A stretch of 64,000 nt of DNA from positions 160,001-224,000 of the IMG/VR virus record IMGVR_UViG_3300045988_155520. One strand, given 5' to 3'. Below, one piece after another: positions 1-8,588 of the stretch. Each line of letters begins with the position of its first letter. Within the stretch, counting starts at the first letter, position 1. The notes beneath the pieces are model-generated. The model made no database searches and was not told where the DNA came from. It saw only the letters and a program-made list of their open reading frames with translations. The translations under genes and the position numbers were made by a program. The stretch comes from a virus.

Positions 1-741
1 ACGACTATTGCTAATCTTCTCATAAAGTCTGGCAACTTTGAGTTTTTGGTTTTCAAACCCTCGGCTGCCTTTCTTCTTGCGAGAAAGATGCTGCTGCGCC
101 TTAGCAAGTCTGCGTTCATATTTCTTCGTGTATCGGTTATTTTTAAAAGTTTCTCCTTCAGAAGTGATAAGCAAGTCCTTCAAACCCAAATCAACACCTA
201 CAGACTTGCCCGATTTTTCAATTGGTGTAATGTATTCCTCTTCCATGAATACGGAAACGAAATACTTGTCGCTTGGTGTCTTGGAAATAGTTACCTTCCC
301 TATTTTACCTTTTATCTCACGGTGAATACGGCACTTAATACCCTCCTTGAACTTGGGTATGAAAATCCTGTTTTCTGCGATAGAAGCGAATTGTGGTACG
401 GTAAAACTATCCTTGGAATGCTTAGATTTGAATTTGGGAAACTTTGCACGCTTCTTAAAGAAGTTTTTATAGGCTGTATCAAGTGAACGAAGAGCAAACT
501 GCAAGGATTGGGAATTTACTTCATTCAGCCATGCAGTTTCTTCCTGTTTCTTCATTTCAGTAAGACGCTTTGCTTGTTCGTAGTAATTATCACTCTTACC
601 AGTTAGTCTATATTGTTCTTTACGCTCATTGAGAAAGGTGTTGTAAACATAGCGAGTACATCCGAAGTGCTTTGTCAGCAATTCGATTTGCCCCTTATTC
701 GGTAGCAGTTTAAACCTATATGTCCTATTAATCTTTCTCAT
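1..741 (-). CDS. tnpB: TnpB (IS200/IS605-family OrfB, RNA-guided nuclease), N-terminal 247 codons; gene continues beyond the left window edge
   Basis: Not in the ORF track because it is open at the edge. My translation from ATG at 741: MRKINRTYRFKLLPNKGQIELLTKHFGCTRYVYNTFLNERKEQYRLTGKSDNYYEQAKRLTEMKKQEETAWLNEVNSQSLQFALRSLDTAYKNFFKKRAKFPKFKSKHSKDSFTV...SVGVDLGLKDLLITSEGE... This is a classic OrfB N-terminus with a RuvC-I Asp motif (GVDLG). No stop down to nt 1. Track ORFs 38..486(+) are antisense shadows. Confidence 0.85.
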   Translation of the reverse strand, partial: MRKINRTYRFKLLPNKGQIELLTKHFGCTRYVYNTFLNERKEQYRLTGKSDNYYEQAKRLTEMKKQEETAWLNEVNSQSLQFALRSLDTAYKNFFKKRAKFPKFKSKHSKDSFTVPQFASIAENRIFIPKFKEGIKCRIHREIKGKIGKVTISKTPSDKYFVSVFMEEEYITPIEKSGKSVGVDLGLKDLLITSEGETFKNNRYTKKYERRLAKAQQHLSRKKKGSRGFENQKLKVARLYEKISNSR

Positions 742-850
742 TTCACTTATAAATACAATAATAAATATTGTAAAATACAAAAAAAATTACAATAAATATA
801 ATGTCTTACATTCCATAAACTTAAGAATTATGGATTTTAAGGTACATTAA
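1..850 (-). mobile_element. Left-end portion of a putative IS200/IS605-family (tnpB-only?) element; boundaries not determinable here
   Basis: tnpB ORF, plus an imperfect hairpin TCCATAA-N9-TTATGGA at 812..834 upstream of its ATG. The right end and omega-RNA region would lie outside the window. Confidence 0.35.
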
Positions 851-905
851 ATAAATTAAGAGATTAATATAATATTTATTATTATATTATTAAATAATGT
901 AAATT

Positions 906-1622
906 ATGAATAAGAAGACAGAATTAGTTGAAATTAAAAAAGACAAAACAGGAACAGGTCTATTGATAGAACAAGATGGTTTTGTACAATTAAATAAAAA
1001 AGATTTCACAAAAACAGTTAATGAAAGTAAAGACGGAAATGAATGGCATTGTCCTTATCCTTTCATTGTAGATGCTGTATTTCAAAAATATGACATCAAG
1101 AATGCTAATGGAAGAATTTATCCAGAAAAGGTGCTAAAGAAACAAGTGGAAATCTACCAGAAAAAAATAGAAGAACATCGTGCATATGGAGAATGTAATC
1201 ACCCTACTGAAAGTACTATCGACCTTGGTCGTATATCTCATAATATTATAGAACTACATTGGGAAGGTCATACTCTTGTAGGAAAGATGGAGTTAAATAT
1301 AACTGAGGGTTTCCGTAGACATGGTATGTGTACATCTTTTGGTGATACTATAGCAAATATGTTACTTAATGGTTATAAACTTGGCGTATCATCAAGAGGT
1401 GTTGGTTCTGTTGAGGAAAAACTTGGTCAATACATTGTTGGAGATGATTTTGAATTGATTTGTTGGGATGTTGTTTCAGACCCTTCAACACCTATGGCAT
1501 ATATTTCTACAGACGGTCCTGAAGGATTAGAGACTTATATTGAAAGTAAAAATAATAATCCTCTCAATAAAAAGATTGTTTCAGAAAAGATTAATAGAAT
1601 TAATAAAATTTTATCAGAGTAA
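906..1622 (+). CDS. Prohead core protease, T4 gp21-like
   Basis: Motifs NANGRIYPEKVLKKQV, YGECNHP, LGVSSRGVGSV and DVVSDPSTP line up with T4 gp21 NRNKRLYPKRILEKAV, LGELNHP, PGVSSRGLGSL and DAVWGPSAP (recalled from memory). Confidence 0.88.
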   Translation: MNKKTELVEIKKDKTGTGLLIEQDGFVQLNKKDFTKTVNESKDGNEWHCPYPFIVDAVFQKYDIKNANGRIYPEKVLKKQVEIYQKKIEEHRAYGECNHPTESTIDLGRISHNIIELHWEGHTLVGKMELNITEGFRRHGMCTSFGDTIANMLLNGYKLGVSSRGVGSVEEKLGQYIVGDDFELICWDVVSDPSTPMAYISTDGPEGLETYIESKNNNPLNKKIVSEKINRINKILSE

Positions 1623-1625
1623 TTT

Positions 1626-2306
1626 ATGAAAAAAATTGTTTTAACTGAAAATCAATTATCTAATCTTTCTAAACATATTTTGCAAGAAAGAACTTTCGAA
1701 GATATGTATTACGATTATACCGAAAATTTTGACGTAGAAAATGTATTTCAGAATTTCTTAGATAATCCTAATGGAGTACAGTCATGGACACCGCTGATTG
1801 ATGCAAATTCTTACAAACAAGCATTGCAAGAATTTACTAAATATGGACAATTTATTAACTTCCCAACAAAACTTCTTTATCAGTGGGTAGGAATTTTGTT
1901 AAGAAATACAATGCAGTTAGATTATAATACAATTTTAGCTGGTCATACACAATCTAATCCATATGTATATCTTTCTGAAGAATTTGATTATATGGTTGAA
2001 GAATTAGGTAAAACAGAATGTAATGGTGTTGATATTACAGATATCGGTGAACATAATATATATGATAAACTTGAGGAAATGGGTTTGTATGACTGGTTGA
2101 AGCTTCCCGATGGTTCTGATGCATGGAGTGATTTTGGTCTAAAACCTATTTACAATCATTTGAAAGAATATGATTCGTCAATGCCACCAGAGAAAGTTAT
2201 AGTTTTAATTAACAAAGTGCTGGATGTTTATCATCAAAGAGGTGACTTAGCTTCGGCATTTATTGAAGGTGGAAGAAGTACTTTAACACAAATTTCCAAC
2301 ACATAA
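1626..2306 (+). CDS. Hypothetical protein (226 aa) starting MKKIVLTE
   Basis: ORF track. Lies 3 nt after the protease gene and carries the shared N-terminal LTE motif. Confidence 0.7.
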   Translation: MKKIVLTENQLSNLSKHILQERTFEDMYYDYTENFDVENVFQNFLDNPNGVQSWTPLIDANSYKQALQEFTKYGQFINFPTKLLYQWVGILLRNTMQLDYNTILAGHTQSNPYVYLSEEFDYMVEELGKTECNGVDITDIGEHNIYDKLEEMGLYDWLKLPDGSDAWSDFGLKPIYNHLKEYDSSMPPEKVIVLINKVLDVYHQRGDLASAFIEGGRSTLTQISNT

Positions 2307-2314
2307 CATAAAAA

Positions 2315-2340
2315 ATAGCGAGATTTAATTGTCTCGCTAT
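2315..2340. terminator. Bidirectional hairpin terminator between convergent genes
   Basis: ATAGCGAGA-N8-TCTCGCTAT, flanked by an A-run upstream and a T-run downstream. Confidence 0.7.
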
Positions 2341-2345
2341 TTTTA

Positions 2346-2495
2346 TTATACTTCATTATCATCATCATCTCCAAATGGCTCGTAGTTATTTAAAACATCA
2401 TCAAAATTCTCATCATTTTCAATAACTTCTTTAACTACATTCTTAACCAAACTTTGTAAATCATCTTCGGTTAATTTAACTATTCTTTTTGTCAT
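2346..2495 (-). CDS. Small acidic protein (49 aa) starting MTKRIVKLTE
   Basis: Below the ORF-track size cutoff. My translation: MTKRIVKLTEDDLQSLVKNVVKEVIENDENFDDVLNNYEPFGDDDDNEV. Lies 3 nt downstream of ORF 2499..2927. Confidence 0.5.
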   Translation of the reverse strand: MTKRIVKLTEDDLQSLVKNVVKEVIENDENFDDVLNNYEPFGDDDDNEV

Positions 2496-2498
2496 AAT

Positions 2499-2927
2499 CT
2501 ATTTTACTTTTGAAACAGAAAAATCATTATTTTCTAAACATTCTACAAGATTATCAGATACGTTACCAATACATTCAGAAAGTTCGTCATTTAATTCTTT
2601 TAAATTAACACAATCTGTCTGCTTAGCAAAAATATCGAATGAAAGAAACTTCTTATGTCCATACTTCATAGCACTTGGATTTATATCAAACTCAAAAATC
2701 ATTCCTCTTTCAAATCTTCCTGTTGATATAAGTCGATTTTTAAATTCTTTTTTATATTTGTTAAGAATAAAAGACATAGCATCATCATAATTCCCCTCAT
2801 ACATAGGAGTAATCCATGTTCTTCCATTAATATATACAACTTTCGGATTTTCCCTATTCATTGTGCCGTATTTCAATGTAACCTTGTCAGAAACATTTAA
2901 TTTAATTTCTTTGACCATCTTTTTCAT
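2499..2927 (-). CDS. Hypothetical protein (142 aa)
   Basis: ORF track; sits in the head-module operon. Confidence 0.7.
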   Translation of the reverse strand: MKKMVKEIKLNVSDKVTLKYGTMNRENPKVVYINGRTWITPMYEGNYDDAMSFILNKYKKEFKNRLISTGRFERGMIFEFDINPSAMKYGHKKFLSFDIFAKQTDCVNLKELNDELSECIGNVSDNLVECLENNDFSVSKVK

Positions 2928-2983
2928 AAACTATATCCCTTTATTAAAAGGTAAAGTAAAAAATAAGAAAGTCAAATTAGAAA

Positions 2984-3913
2984 TTAATCTTTGTCTTTTA
3001 AAACATCACAAATTTCTATCAGTTTAGCCAAATCACGGACTATTGTTTCAGAAGAATACTGCATACCCTGTATTTGTTCCTCTAAACGTTTTAAGTTATC
3101 TAATTCTTCAGAATCCTCTGTAACTGATAACAATTTACCAATCTCCGTTAAACTTTCATTCTTAAACTTATCTAACAACTTTTCACGCTTGGTATCAGCA
3201 TTCTTATTACGTATATTAGTTATATCCATAACAAGGCTTCTTTCGTCTTCATTAAGTTTATCTTTAAAAGTATTGTTGAAGTTATTAAACATTTCATCCA
3301 AATCAATCTTATCTGGATTAGTCGCACGATGTTCGTTAATGTAGTTACTAACAGTCATTAAACTATCAGATAATTTATTAATATTGGATAAGTTTTCACG
3401 TTTGGTTAACAAAGTATTACAACTCTCAAAGAAACGTCTTTTTTCATAAGATAATTTATCAGAAGGATATATTTCATTATCTTTCAAAAGTTTCGCTAAT
3501 TTAGCATTTGACTCTTTAATTGTCTTTTTATCCAGTTTACCTTCCGTGAGATTTAATGCCGTTCTTACAAAAGATGTACTGTCTGTAACACCATTATAAC
3601 CACGCAAAGCATTATAAAATTGGAATTGAGAAAGCAGATTCTTATCTTCTTTAATGGTACGCATAACACGTCCAACCAGTTTTCTATCTTTCTTAAATAA
3701 TTCTGGAAGTTCACTTTCAAAAATATGATTTAAAATACCAAAATTATTACCTTTATACTCATTTTCCATTTCCTGCTGTTTCAAAGCTACAGATACAGTA
3801 TCTTCAAATAATTCCACAGCATGATTATAAGTTTCAAAATCCTTTTTATCTAAAGATTCCTTTATAATTTTTATAAAATTATCTACCTTTTTATTGTATT
3901 CTGATTTTTTCAT
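2984..3913 (-). CDS. Hypothetical K/E-rich helical protein (309 aa); possible scaffolding protein
   Basis: ORF track. Charged, heptad-like composition, located directly downstream of the portal gene. The function is inferred only. Confidence 0.6.
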   Translation of the reverse strand: MKKSEYNKKVDNFIKIIKESLDKKDFETYNHAVELFEDTVSVALKQQEMENEYKGNNFGILNHIFESELPELFKKDRKLVGRVMRTIKEDKNLLSQFQFYNALRGYNGVTDSTSFVRTALNLTEGKLDKKTIKESNAKLAKLLKDNEIYPSDKLSYEKRRFFESCNTLLTKRENLSNINKLSDSLMTVSNYINEHRATNPDKIDLDEMFNNFNNTFKDKLNEDERSLVMDITNIRNKNADTKREKLLDKFKNESLTEIGKLLSVTEDSEELDNLKRLEEQIQGMQYSSETIVRDLAKLIEICDVLKDKD

Positions 3914-3956
3914 TTGTATAACATGTTTTACCTAAATAAATAGTATAAATAAACAA

Positions 3957-3985
3957 AAAGATGATGCTATAAAAACATCATCTTT
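3957..3985 (-). terminator. Hairpin after the portal gene
   Basis: AAAGATGATG-N9-CATCATCTTT, followed by a T-rich run on the minus strand. Confidence 0.55.
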
Positions 3986-3992
3986 TTAAAAT

Positions 3993-6650
3993 TTATTCAT
4001 TATCGTTCACTAAATTATCCAAAGAAGATATCATCTTATCAAATTCTTCATTAATCAATAAAGATTTATCATAGATATTTGCTCTTTCATAAGAAATTTC
4101 TTCAGCCTTCTTTTCCTTTCTATCAATACAATTAAGATATTCTTCAAATAGTGTATCTAATTTTTTATCACTATTTTTCTTCATCGCCTTTAATGTATTT
4201 TCAGTAATAAGAGGTTTTTTCTTATTTACAGATTCCATTGGAGTGCCTCCTGATTCTGGACCGCTACTTCCTGGTGCTTCGCCTCCTGGAGGTGCACCAG
4301 CATCACCACCCATGTCTCCTGTAGGCATTGAACCTTCTTCTCCTCCAATATCACCCATATCATCAGACCCAGGTGCACCGAGTGAATCAAGACCTCCACC
4401 GAAGTCTCCTCCGCCACCCATAGAGCCACCTCCCATGCCACTATCAGGACCTCCTTGTTGTGGTTGGTCATCCATGTATTCTGCTCCTGGTTCTCCATAT
4501 ATTCTATCGACTGTATCAAATAAACCAGTACGCTTGATGATTTGAGTTGTCTTTTCAAGTTCTGCGGAAATACCTTTCTCAAGACGTATCTCTTCAAGAT
4601 TTTCTTTAATCTCTTTGTCAGACCACTTCATAATAGTCTTTAATGCCTTTGCTTGAGACATAACAGGAATACCACCACCAGGGTCTGAAACGGCATCTCT
4701 AACAGCAGTAATCTTCTTCTCTATATTATCAATCTCAAGTGACTCTGCTTGAGTTGATGGGTTATTCATTGTAAGTGAGAAATTAGTTAATTCATCACTA
4801 AAACCAAGTAAGAATAAGTGAATGGATGCAACCTTAGTTAACTCCATTAAGAACGCCTGCTGAACTCTATTAACTGTTCTTGTGAAACGTATATCCATTA
4901 AAGCAAGATTCTTTCCGTCACCAGCAGTCTCTTCAAAATTAAGGAATGTTTTAGGTATTCTCAATGCCGTCAAAACCTTATTCTGAACAAACTTGATATC
5001 ATCCATCGCTGTCAAATTCTGCGCTGCTGACAAGGTATCAATAGGTGTTGGCGCATTCTGGTCTCTTACAGGGATAAAGATATCTTGGTCTACACAGTTG
5101 CTAACAAAACATCCATTTTCACACCAAGTTTTATCGGAATTGATTGAACGTATAGCAAAGTTGTGTCTATCTTCTTCACTATTAGGACCTTGTACGGTCA
5201 TACAATACACATCGTCTCCACCTATGATATCAACTTTTCTTATAAAGCGTAATTTCATAACTTCTACAGGGTCTGATTCGTTTTTACTTGAATCATTAAG
5301 AGTTACTTTTCTATATGATTTAGAAGAAATATCTAATACTCTATCGTAATCAGTATCATCTCTGTAGAAAGGCATTACACTTTCACCCACACTAACTTCA
5401 TCTGCTCTCTTCTTAGAACCATCACGCATTATGAGTTCGTGTTCACCAGCTAAATCTAAATATGTATCATCATCTAATGTTATACGATATAATTTATCTG
5501 CAGTGTAGTTTTTACCACACCAAACAACTTTTCCTGGTACAATTTTATGAGTATCATCTTGTACAGAATATACAAAATTTTCTTCACCATTTTCATACTC
5601 TTTTGCAAGATTCTCTATTGTTATAGTGCGTCCATCCAGCAAAGGAATTGGCGTATCTTTATGAACTGGGAGAATATTCTTTCTCAAATCCACTTGACCT
5701 GTCATTGGGTCAATAATAGGCGTTCTCTTAAAGTTATTAGCAATTTCTTCAACGTAAGCTGGTACATCAGCATCGTCAATAGCACCTACAAATATCTTAT
5801 ATACACGTCTTTCAATAGAACGTTCCAGACGATAGATAAGCATCATATCTTCCATTAAACTAAGCATACGCCAATGTCTACGAGCTGAATTTAAATAAGA
5901 AACGCCATAAGGAAGATACATAGAATTTGTTAACAGTCTAAAATGTGCAATCTGCCAATCTCTAAATGGAACTTGCGACTGGCTATCATCTAACCAGACA
6001 AATTTAGTAGACATATCAGAATTGGTATCTGTATTATTAGCTGCAACAGTGGAATATCCTGTTGAATATGGATTAGTAATACCGTTTTCTATACGTTCAA
6101 CATTAAATACAGGTAAACGTTTCCATCCTTTAACACCTAACTTATGGTCTATATCCAGCATCATATAATCATTTCCATATTTACACATGCCACGTATAAC
6201 CATTTGTGCTGTTAATTGTAAATTTAAACGATTAGTAAATAAATCTTCAAGAATACTTTTAACTCTATCTGATTTAGAATATACATTTACTATATTTCCT
6301 GTATCTGAAGGTAAACAGCTTTCTTCTGAAACAATATCAAGTGCAGCGCCTATTTCTGGAAATGAATCCATCAAATCGGCATCACGATACATCAACTTAA
6401 CATTATTAAGTCCTGAATAGGCACTTACATTTAAATCAACGTTAGCTTTAACCCATCTATTTTCAAGATATTTATTTTGTTGTAATTCTAATTTTACTTT
6501 TTCATAATTATCTTTATCGTTGGTTTGGTATATAACACCATTACCAGACATATCATAGTTATTGATATGTCTTGCCATTGTGTCCTGTGTATTCCAGTTA
6601 CCAGTTATAGCTTTATCTAATTGTTGAAAAACAGTTAATTTATTGGCCAT
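3993..6650 (-). CDS. Portal protein (T4 gp20-type) with an inserted Hint/intein domain and a Gly/Asp-rich C-terminal extension
   Basis: 885 aa and adjacent to TerL. Carries the conserved portal core ...DQDIFIPVRD..PIDTLSAAQNLTAMDDIKFVQNKVLTALRIPKTFL. Intein blocks lie at aa 328/333-518. Confidence 0.8.
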   Translation of the reverse strand: MANKLTVFQQLDKAITGNWNTQDTMARHINNYDMSGNGVIYQTNDKDNYEKVKLELQQNKYLENRWVKANVDLNVSAYSGLNNVKLMYRDADLMDSFPEIGAALDIVSEESCLPSDTGNIVNVYSKSDRVKSILEDLFTNRLNLQLTAQMVIRGMCKYGNDYMMLDIDHKLGVKGWKRLPVFNVERIENGITNPYSTGYSTVAANNTDTNSDMSTKFVWLDDSQSQVPFRDWQIAHFRLLTNSMYLPYGVSYLNSARRHWRMLSLMEDMMLIYRLERSIERRVYKIFVGAIDDADVPAYVEEIANNFKRTPIIDPMTGQVDLRKNILPVHKDTPIPLLDGRTITIENLAKEYENGEENFVYSVQDDTHKIVPGKVVWCGKNYTADKLYRITLDDDTYLDLAGEHELIMRDGSKKRADEVSVGESVMPFYRDDTDYDRVLDISSKSYRKVTLNDSSKNESDPVEVMKLRFIRKVDIIGGDDVYCMTVQGPNSEEDRHNFAIRSINSDKTWCENGCFVSNCVDQDIFIPVRDQNAPTPIDTLSAAQNLTAMDDIKFVQNKVLTALRIPKTFLNFEETAGDGKNLALMDIRFTRTVNRVQQAFLMELTKVASIHLFLLGFSDELTNFSLTMNNPSTQAESLEIDNIEKKITAVRDAVSDPGGGIPVMSQAKALKTIMKWSDKEIKENLEEIRLEKGISAELEKTTQIIKRTGLFDTVDRIYGEPGAEYMDDQPQQGGPDSGMGGGSMGGGGDFGGGLDSLGAPGSDDMGDIGGEEGSMPTGDMGGDAGAPPGGEAPGSSGPESGGTPMESVNKKKPLITENTLKAMKKNSDKKLDTLFEEYLNCIDRKEKKAEEISYERANIYDKSLLINEEFDKMISSLDNLVNDNE
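5097..5669 (-). mobile_element. Mini-intein (Hint domain, about 186-191 aa, no homing-endonuclease domain) inside the portal gene
   Basis: Block A-like DTPIPLLDGRTITIENL, block B LAGEHELIMRDG, block F DDVYCMTVQG..HNFAI, block G NGCFVSN followed by Cys+1. The exteins rejoin as a portal motif. Confidence 0.7.
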
Positions 6651-6702
6651 ATATATTTTTATTAAAAAATAACATTTTTAGTTGATTTCTAAATAGTTTC
6701 AA

Positions 6703-8583
6703 TTATTTCATACCGCTAAATAACCACATATAAGTTCCGCCTATATGTTTATTCGGCTTTGATGATAAAGAATTACTATTCATCATAGGAAGACCAGATT
6801 TAGGTGTCACAGGTTGACTGTATCTTATAGCTGGTCTTCTATAGTTACTACCATTTGTCATTCTGTAAGAACTTAATATTGCTTCATCTTTACGTTTGGC
6901 AGCTTCTATTTTACTAAGAGAATACTGCATCACAAAGAGAGCCATTGCAAGACATGTAATTGTGTCATCATGTGCACCTTCCATGTGGTCCATACGTCCA
7001 GTTTCGCCTTTAAAAATCCATGTATCAAGTTCATTAATAACACGTGCAGAACGTATTTTAAATTCGTTGTTTCTAACAAGTCCTGCAAAGTTAGCAAGTA
7101 CAGGGTATCTATTTCCTTGGAAGTGAAAACCAGGCAATCTATTCATATAATTACCATCTGACATAGATTGATTTTGCATTGTGTATGTCTTCTGAGAAGA
7201 GTCATCATAATGTAGGTTAGTATAACCAAGGTTCAACATTGTTAAAATAGCAGCATCTCCTTGACCACCAGTACAATCTACTACAACATAAGCATTATTA
7301 TATTGCTTGGCATAATAAACCGCCATAGAACCAATATCGTCGCCTAACTTCTTTCCGACATATTCCATTACTTGTTCTATGATTGGTTGACCGTTTTCAT
7401 CACGTCCATCCATATCTATAACCTCTATAGCAGTTCTATCGGCAGACACACCTCGTGATGGGTCAATTCCTAATATATATCTATGACCAGGAATAGGTGC
7501 TTTCCAATACCAAGTATCATCAACCATTGGGTCTTTTAAATCTGGCAGTGGGTCTCTAACATTAATTCTATTCTGTAGTTCTACAAATTCACTTGCAACA
7601 ACGTTGTTAGCTGAACCAAGGAACGACACATCAAGCTCTTGGGCTATTTTCATAGAATCATTATTGAAAGATTGACACATTGTTTCATACCAAGGAGAAG
7701 TCGGCATCCATCCCTCTTGTTCCAATTTGCGCCATCTTTCTTCGTTATATTCTATTCTTCCTGTATCATCTAATATTTCCTCTACAATCCACTTTTTCTC
7801 TCCAGTTTCAGCATCTTTCTTATACCACTTCAAATGTCTGTTATAACGCAAATCTTGATACCATTTAAATTCAACTGCGTTATAGTTATTTTCATGGCTT
7901 AATGCTTGACGATAAGTATTGTAATATAATTCATCTTTACCATTAGGTGTTGAAACCATTATTATCTTTGATTTATCACCATAAGATGATGTGGCAGCAA
8001 CCGCTGAAGAATAAACGGCTGGACCATTCTCAATAAAGGCTGCCTCGTCAAAAATCAATATCGAAACAGCTGAGATACCACGTGCAGCATTTTCTCCAGA
8101 AGACCTTGCGTATACAGAACATCCATTGAATAATTGTAATTCTGATTTACTATTTTTGGTGAAAATATCTTTCTTATTTTTCTCTGATTTTGGGTCTGGA
8201 GAATAATATTCGTCACCCCAATACCATCGTGGAACTTGCATCAAAAACTCTCTAATTTTTGTAACCAATTGGTTTGCAAGGTCAAGTTTGTTACCAATAC
8301 ACAAAATAGTTTCTGGCTTATCAGAATCAGCAAGTGCAATTTGTGCACATATCCATGCCGAAGAAACTGTAGTAATACCTGCCTGACGGTGTTTAATGGC
8401 TATGGAAGCCTTATGGTCAGCAAGACTCTGTAAAAATGCTTTCTGTCTTGGGAATAATAGGAATTGTGATTTTTTACCAACATTAGCATTAAACGTTGAT
8501 AGGTATTTTTCTATAAAATAAATTCTCGATTTATCAGCATAACTTCTTGCGTATTCTTCAGCAATCGTTTGTATATCTATCAT
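6703..8583 (-). CDS. Terminase large subunit (T4 gp17-like)
   Basis: RQAGITT (Walker A-like), ILIFDEAAF (Walker B) and IIMVSTPNG (coupling motif) resemble gp17 RQLGKTT, IYIDECAF and TTTPNG as I recall them. 626 aa. Confidence 0.88.
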   Translation of the reverse strand: MIDIQTIAEEYARSYADKSRIYFIEKYLSTFNANVGKKSQFLLFPRQKAFLQSLADHKASIAIKHRQAGITTVSSAWICAQIALADSDKPETILCIGNKLDLANQLVTKIREFLMQVPRWYWGDEYYSPDPKSEKNKKDIFTKNSKSELQLFNGCSVYARSSGENAARGISAVSILIFDEAAFIENGPAVYSSAVAATSSYGDKSKIIMVSTPNGKDELYYNTYRQALSHENNYNAVEFKWYQDLRYNRHLKWYKKDAETGEKKWIVEEILDDTGRIEYNEERWRKLEQEGWMPTSPWYETMCQSFNNDSMKIAQELDVSFLGSANNVVASEFVELQNRINVRDPLPDLKDPMVDDTWYWKAPIPGHRYILGIDPSRGVSADRTAIEVIDMDGRDENGQPIIEQVMEYVGKKLGDDIGSMAVYYAKQYNNAYVVVDCTGGQGDAAILTMLNLGYTNLHYDDSSQKTYTMQNQSMSDGNYMNRLPGFHFQGNRYPVLANFAGLVRNNEFKIRSARVINELDTWIFKGETGRMDHMEGAHDDTITCLAMALFVMQYSLSKIEAAKRKDEAILSSYRMTNGSNYRRPAIRYSQPVTPKSGLPMMNSNSLSSKPNKHIGGTYMWLFSGMK

Positions 8584-8588
8584 AATAA

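Noticed and set aside
38-497. Track ORFs 38..325(+), 46..486(+) and 312..497(-) at the left edge
   Set aside because: They overlap the much better supported tnpB frame (minus strand, 1..741) and have no recognisable features. I treat them as shadow ORFs.
4243-4545. Pro/Ser/Gly-rich plus-strand ORF (100 aa), and similar ORFs at 11532..11915 (Ser-rich) and 52093..52358
   Set aside because: They are antisense images of low-complexity or repeat coding regions: the portal Gly/Asp tail, the acidic protein and the beta-helix repeats. Their composition is the complement of the real genes.
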